Source: Gammaproteobacteria bacterium (GTDB lineage Bacteria; Pseudomonadota; Gammaproteobacteria; Pseudomonadales; Azotimanducaceae). From it: 61,369 nt of DNA. The DNA is taken from contig JAFIFL010000001.1 in NCBI GenBank assembly GCA_020832055.1, forward strand, positions 1-61,369, in the 5' to 3' direction. Under the pieces are notes generated by a model. That model was not told the DNA's origin, made no database searches, and saw only the letters and a program-made list of their open reading frames with translations. The position numbers were made by a program, and so were the translations under genes. Shown piece by piece: positions 56,495-61,369 of the stretch. Position 1 is the stretch's first letter, and each line of letters starts with the position of its first letter.

Positions 56495-57382
56495 ATGTTG
56501 CACGTTGCCCTGGAAGTGAGTGCCGAGGAGGATCTGCGGCCGTTGTCGGCGTGGCTCAGTGCGCGCGGGGTGCCCCATCGGATCTTCGAGGTATCCGGGA
56601 GGCTGCGGCTTCAGGTGCCCGACGAGCGTTTTCAGGCGCTGGTGGACGAGGGCTGGGCGGCGCAGAGCCGGGGCGAGTTGCCGGATGCGGTGGTGTCATC
56701 CGCCGGTGGCGGTGTGGCCGATGGGGTACTTGCACTGGCTCAGCGCAATCCGCTGTGCATTTTTCTCGTCGTCGTCACGCTGCTCTGCTACCCGGCCACA
56801 TCGTCGCTGCCGGAGTCCCTGAGCGTCATGCTGCGGGCCATGCTCATCGTGCCCACGGAGCAGGTGGGTGACTTCATCCAGTTCACGACCTTGGAAGCAT
56901 CGCTGCGGGCCGGGCAGATCTGGCGTCTGTGGACGCCGGCGCTGCTGCATTTTTCGGTGCTACATCTGGCCTTCAATCTGCTGTGGCTGTGGGAGTTCGG
57001 CCGGCGCATCGAAGACGTCCAGGGTCGCGGGCGGCTGCTGGAGGTGGTGTTGATCCTGGCGCCCGTGGCCAACGTGGCTCAGTGGCTGGTAGGTGACGGC
57101 CCCATGTTCGGCGGCCTGTCGGGTGTGGTCTATGGTCTGCTCGGCTATCTGATCGTGGCCGGGCGCCGGACCGGTGATCCGAACCTGACCCTGCCGCCGG
57201 CTCTGATCGTGATCCTGCTGGTGTTCCTGGTGCTGTTCTCTACCGGCGTGACCTCGGCCTTCGGCTTGCACATCGCCAACGCGGCCCACTGGGGCGGCTT
57301 CATCGCCGGCGTGCTGTGGGGGCTGCTGCGCCTCCGCAGCGTTCGGCCGACGGCCGGCGGCGGGTCGAACTGGCAGGCGTGA
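56495..57382 (+). CDS. glpG: Rhomboid family intramembrane serine protease (GlpG-like)
   Basis: Track ORF 56198..57382 trimmed to the ATG at 56495. Has a cytoplasmic N-domain, [10 protein letters not shown], catalytic [10 protein letters not shown], and the His in AHWGGFIAG. Confidence 0.82.
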   Translation: MLHVALEVSAEEDLRPLSAWLSARGVPHRIFEVSGRLRLQVPDERFQALVDEGWAAQSRGELPDAVVSSAGGGVADGVLALAQRNPLCIFLVVVTLLCYPATSSLPESLSVMLRAMLIVPTEQVGDFIQFTTLEASLRAGQIWRLWTPALLHFSVLHLAFNLLWLWEFGRRIEDVQGRGRLLEVVLILAPVANVAQWLVGDGPMFGGLSGVVYGLLGYLIVAGRRTGDPNLTLPPALIVILLVFLVLFSTGVTSAFGLHIANAAHWGGFIAGVLWGLLRLRSVRPTAGGGSNWQA

Positions 57383-57427
57383 TGCTATGATGGCGGGTCT
57401 TTGAATCCCCGGAGTTCAGGCCCCGTC

Positions 57428-57721
57428 ATGACCGATACCTCACGCCGTCGCGCGCCGGACAGTCAGCGTCCGAAGGACTTTGGCAGTGCCGTGGCCGGCC
57501 TCGATCGCGCCACCTACGAGAACCTGCGCCGAGCCCTGGAACTGGGTCGTTGGCCGGACGGCCGCAGCCTCGAGCCGCGGCAGCGGGAGATCTGCATGGA
57601 GGCGGTGCTGAACTGGGAGGCGACGCATCTGCCGCCGGAACAGCGTACCGGCTACATCGAACCGAAGGCCTGCAGCGACGCGCCGCAGCCCGACCGCATC
57701 CGCATTCTGGGGGAGGGGTGA
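57428..57721 (+). CDS. DUF1315 (YeaC-like) family protein
   Basis: Track ORF 57401..57721 trimmed to the ATG at 57428. Shows YENLRRALELGRWPDGRSLEPRQREICMEAVLNWE. Confidence 0.7.
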   Translation: MTDTSRRRAPDSQRPKDFGSAVAGLDRATYENLRRALELGRWPDGRSLEPRQREICMEAVLNWEATHLPPEQRTGYIEPKACSDAPQPDRIRILGEG

Positions 57722-58560
57722 GCGGACTGTCGCGGCTCGCGCTGGGCACACTGGCGAAAATGCGCAGTGAGGCCGCAGCACCGGTGGCTTATGCCATGCC
57801 GGTGGGTGATCGGGATGTGCCCATGAATCCGCTGCTCGGGCAGCGCATAGCGCTGCGTTTCGAAGGCATCATTCTCTGCGTGGCCTGCGGGCGGCGGACG
57901 AACAAGAGCTTCAATCAGGGCTACTGCTATCCCTGCTTCAAGACTCTGGCCGCCTGCGACACCTGCATCATGAGTCCGGAACGCTGCCACTTTCGTGAGG
58001 GCACCTGCCGGGAGCCGGAGTGGGGCCTGACGCACTGCATGACGGACCACGTGGTGTATCTGGCCAACGGGACCGGACTGAAGGTGGGCATCACCCGCGC
58101 CGGACAGGTCCCGACCCGCTGGATCGATCAGGGTGCGGTGCAGGCGCTGCCGCTGGCGCGCACGGCTACCCGGCAGCAGGCGGGCCTGCTGGAGTCCGCC
58201 ATGAAGGCCCATGTCAGCGACCGCACCCAGTGGCAGACCCTGCTGAAGGGCAATCCGGAACCCATGGATCTGGCTGCAGCCCGGCGTGACCTGCTCGCAC
58301 GCTGTGCGCCGGAGATCGAACGCCTGCACGCCGAGTTCGGTCTGCAGGCTGTCGTCCCCGCGGAGGATACCGAGATGTGGTCCTTCGATTACCCGGTGCT
58401 GGCATTCCCGGCCAAGGTGCGCTCGCTGGCGCTGGAGAAGCTCGGCTGTGTGGAGGGGGAACTGCTGGGCATCAAGGGCCAGTACCTGATCCTCAGCTCC
58501 GGGGTCATCAATATCCGCAAGTACACCGGGCACGAGGTGGAACTGCTCGCCGCGGTCTGA
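57718..58560 (+). CDS. DUF2797 domain-containing protein
   Basis: Track ORF 57550..58560 trimmed to the GTG at 57718, which overlaps the previous stop (GTGA). Has a Cys-rich block CVACGRRTNKSFNQGYCYPCF..LAACDTC and VYLANGTGLKVGITR. Confidence 0.7.
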   Translation: MSGLSRLALGTLAKMRSEAAAPVAYAMPVGDRDVPMNPLLGQRIALRFEGIILCVACGRRTNKSFNQGYCYPCFKTLAACDTCIMSPERCHFREGTCREPEWGLTHCMTDHVVYLANGTGLKVGITRAGQVPTRWIDQGAVQALPLARTATRQQAGLLESAMKAHVSDRTQWQTLLKGNPEPMDLAAARRDLLARCAPEIERLHAEFGLQAVVPAEDTEMWSFDYPVLAFPAKVRSLALEKLGCVEGELLGIKGQYLILSSGVINIRKYTGHEVELLAAV

Positions 58561-58602
58561 TCGCCGGCGCGTTCTACCCTCACAACGCAATTGGAGATCG
58601 AC

Positions 58603-61317
58603 ATGCTCATGAAGGAAAGCCAGCCCCCCGTCATCCGCCTCGCCGAGTATCGGCCGCCGGAGTTCCTCATCGACCAGACCGAGTTGCACTTCGAACTGGC
58701 GGAGGGCGGCACCACCGTGACCGCAGAGATCCGCCTGCGGCGCAACCCGGAGGCGGAGGACCCCAAGGCACCGCTGCGCCTGGACGGCGAGCAGCTGGAA
58801 CTGCTGGAGATTGCTGTTGACGGTGAGTCGCTCGGCAGCAACGAGTACAGCGTCGACGACGAAGGCCTGACGCTGCATGCCCCTAAGGACAGCTTCAGCC
58901 TGAAAGTGGTGACCCGCATCGTTCCGGAGCAGAACACCGCTCTGGAGGGGCTCTACAAGTCCGGCGGCATGTACTGCACCCAGTGCGAGGCCGAGGGCTT
59001 CCGCCGCATCACCTATTACCTGGACCGTCCGGACGTCATGGCACCGTTTACGACCACCATCACCGGCGACGGCGAGGCCTTCCCGGTGATGCTGTCCAAC
59101 GGCAACGAGGTGGCGCGAAAAGTCCTCGACGACGGCCGCACCGAGGTGACCTGGGAGGACCCCCACAAGAAGCCGGCCTACCTGTTCGCGCTGGTGGCGG
59201 GGACCCTCGAACATATCGAGGATCGCTTCACCACCATGAGTGGTCGCGAAGTGACGCTGCGGATCTACACCGAGCCTCACAATATCGGTCAGGTGGATTA
59301 CGCCATGGACGCGCTGAAGCGCTCCATGCGCTGGGACGAGGAGGTCTACGGCCGCGAGTACGATCTCGACATCTTCATGATCGTCGCCGTGGACGACTTC
59401 AACATGGGGGCCATGGAGAACAAGGGCCTGAACGTGTTCAATACGTCCTGCGTGCTGGCGGCACCGGAGACCACCACCGATGCGGGCTTCCAGCGGGTGG
59501 AGGCGGTGGTGGCCCATGAGTACTTCCACAACTGGACCGGCAACCGCATCACCTGCCGGGACTGGTTCCAGCTGTCGCTGAAGGAAGGCTTCACGGTGCT
59601 GCGGGACTCCCAGTTCTCTGCGGATCAGAACTCGCCGACCATCAAGCGCATCGAGGACGTCAACGTCCTGCGCACCATGCAGTTCGCCGAGGATGCCGGC
59701 CCCATGGCCCATCCGGTGCGGCCGGATTCCTACATCGAGATCTCCAACTTCTACACCCTGACAGTGTACGAGAAGGGCTCGGCCGTCGTGGGCATGATCC
59801 ACACGCTGCTGGGCCCAGAGCGCTTCCGGGCGGGATCCGATCTCTACTTCGAGCGCCACGATGGACAGGCGGTGACCTGTGATGACTTCGTGGCGGCCAT
59901 GGAGGATGCCAGCGGCGTCGATCTGTCCCAGTTCAGGCTCTGGTACAGCCAGGCCGGCACACCGAGGGTGGCGGTCACCGAGTCCTATGATGATGCTGAG
60001 CTGGAATATCGCCTGACGCTGCGGCAGAGCTGTCCGGCGACGCCGGGACAACCGGAGAAAAAGCCTTTCCACATTCCGGTGGCGGTGGGCCTGATCGGTC
60101 AGGATGGCATCGAGATGCTCGGTGCGGCGGGGCATGCCAACGGTTTCGACGTGCAGGTGGCGTCGGACACCGAGGTGGAGAATCCCAAAGGCGACGGGAC
60201 GCTGATCCTGCACCTGAAGCAGGCGGAGCAGACCTTCGTGTTCAGCAACGTCCCGGCGCGTCCGGTGCTGTCCTTCCTGCGGGATTTCTCCGCGCCGGTG
60301 AAGGTGAGCATGGAGCGCCCGCACGAGGACCTGATCGTGCAGATGGCCTCGGATGCGGACGGTTTCGCGCGCTGGGATGCGGCGCAGACGTTCTTCTCGG
60401 AGGTGATCCTGGACCATGTGGCCCATCCGGATGTCGAGATCGAGAACCGCGTGGACGGTGTGGTGGGTCGCATTCTGGAGGCAGCCCTGCTGGCCCCGGA
60501 TGACGGTGAAGCCAAGGCCCTGGCGGCTGCCCTGCTGACCCTGCCGGCCGAGGAATACCTCGGCCAGCAGATGAAGGTGGTGGACGTGGACGGTATCCAT
60601 GCGGCACGGGAAGCGCTGCGCGAACGCATCGGCGTCCGTTACGCCCAGCGGCTTCGGGAGGTCTACCTGACGAATGGCCATGACGGCGGCTATGTCCCGG
60701 ATGCAGTGGGCTTCGCGCGCCGCAGCCTGCGCAATCTGGCCCTCGGCTATCTGACGCTGGCACCGGAGTCGGACGGGCTGACGCTGGCGGAGCAGCAGTA
60801 CACGGACGCGGACAACATGACCGATCGTCTGGCCGCGCTGCGGGTGGTGGCGTGGTCGTCCCGTCCGGAAGCTGCAGCGATTGCCGAGCGGCTGCTGGCG
60901 GACTTCCTCACGCGCTACCGCGATGAGGCGCTGGTGGTGGATCAGTGGTTCTCGACCCAGGCCCTGTCGACGGCGCCCGGTGCCCTGGACCGGGTGAAGG
61001 CGCTGACGGAGCACGAGGCCTTCGATGCCCGCAATCCGAACAAGATCCGCGCCGTGGTGGGAGCCTTCTGCGGTCAGAACCCGGTGGGGTTCCATGCTGC
61101 CGACGGCAGCGGCTACGACTTCCTGGCCGACTGGGTGATCCGACTCAATACCAGTAATCCCCAGATCGGCGCGCGGCTGCTCGCACCGTTGACCCGCTGG
61201 CAGCGCTATGACGTTGCCCGGCAGGCCAAGATGCGCGCCGCCCTCGAACGCATCGCCGCAGAGGACAACCTCTCCCGCGACATCTTCGAAGTGGTGAGCA
61301 AGTCGTTGAACGCGTGA
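58603..61317 (+). CDS. pepN: Aminopeptidase N
   Basis: About 904 aa. Shows GAMENKGLN and the zinc motif HEYFHNWTGNR...LKEGFT. Colinear with PepN. ATG at 58603 or 58609 preferred over the TTG at 58591. Confidence 0.93.
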   Translation: MLMKESQPPVIRLAEYRPPEFLIDQTELHFELAEGGTTVTAEIRLRRNPEAEDPKAPLRLDGEQLELLEIAVDGESLGSNEYSVDDEGLTLHAPKDSFSLKVVTRIVPEQNTALEGLYKSGGMYCTQCEAEGFRRITYYLDRPDVMAPFTTTITGDGEAFPVMLSNGNEVARKVLDDGRTEVTWEDPHKKPAYLFALVAGTLEHIEDRFTTMSGREVTLRIYTEPHNIGQVDYAMDALKRSMRWDEEVYGREYDLDIFMIVAVDDFNMGAMENKGLNVFNTSCVLAAPETTTDAGFQRVEAVVAHEYFHNWTGNRITCRDWFQLSLKEGFTVLRDSQFSADQNSPTIKRIEDVNVLRTMQFAEDAGPMAHPVRPDSYIEISNFYTLTVYEKGSAVVGMIHTLLGPERFRAGSDLYFERHDGQAVTCDDFVAAMEDASGVDLSQFRLWYSQAGTPRVAVTESYDDAELEYRLTLRQSCPATPGQPEKKPFHIPVAVGLIGQDGIEMLGAAGHANGFDVQVASDTEVENPKGDGTLILHLKQAEQTFVFSNVPARPVLSFLRDFSAPVKVSMERPHEDLIVQMASDADGFARWDAAQTFFSEVILDHVAHPDVEIENRVDGVVGRILEAALLAPDDGEAKALAAALLTLPAEEYLGQQMKVVDVDGIHAAREALRERIGVRYAQRLREVYLTNGHDGGYVPDAVGFARRSLRNLALGYLTLAPESDGLTLAEQQYTDADNMTDRLAALRVVAWSSRPEAAAIAERLLADFLTRYRDEALVVDQWFSTQALSTAPGALDRVKALTEHEAFDARNPNKIRAVVGAFCGQNPVGFHAADGSGYDFLADWVIRLNTSNPQIGARLLAPLTRWQRYDVARQAKMRAALERIAAEDNLSRDIFEVVSKSLNA

Positions 61318-61369
61318 TACGCCGCAGAGCAGCGATCTCGAAGCCATGCAGCGAAGGCAGCAAGCCCTT

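Noticed and set aside
57652-61347. 1231-aa ORF antisense to DUF2797 and pepN.
   Set aside because: The plus strand encodes a colinear aminopeptidase N (GAMEN and HEYFHNWTGNR motifs). The antisense product has no recognisable motif and a composition typical of high-GC shadow ORFs.

Overview
High-GC (roughly two-thirds G+C by eye) proteobacterial chromosome segment. Gene content looks gammaproteobacterial: a Pseudomonas-type Fur and rhomboid / yeaC / DUF2797 / pepN synteny. Most of the window is densely packed core or housekeeping DNA. I call 58 intact CDSs, 2 tRNAs (Glu-UUC, Gly-GCC) and 2 pseudogenes, and many gene pairs have 4-nt ATGA/GTGA overlaps. There is no CRISPR array, no intact transposase or integrase, and no recognisable canonical defence system. 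Many long ORFs in the six-frame track are antisense artefacts of the high GC content. Several real genes are shorter than their track ORFs, and I trimmed their starts. The items most worth a second look: (1) A same-strand cluster at 28000-36397 encodes a TonB-dependent receptor, an ABC ATPase, two DUF3526 permeases, an orphan 725-aa dynamin-like GTPase and a GNAT. I do not recognise this combination as a described system. (2) A 124-130 nt palindromic MITE/REP-like element is present twice in opposite orientation (1539-1662 and 43909-44038). The second copy sits inside a decayed DUF222/HNH nuclease gene. (3) An AT-richer, decayed islet lies directly 3' of tRNA-Gly (42695-44653). (4) A hybrid histidine kinase is translationally coupled to a DHH/NrnB-like phosphoesterase, just downstream of a photolyase gene. 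(5) An orphan CheB-CheR-PAS fusion follows a small PAS protein. (6) putP has no in-frame ATG/GTG/TTG start and appears to need a CUG start behind a strong Shine-Dalgarno. All family assignments come from motif recognition by eye. No database search was run.
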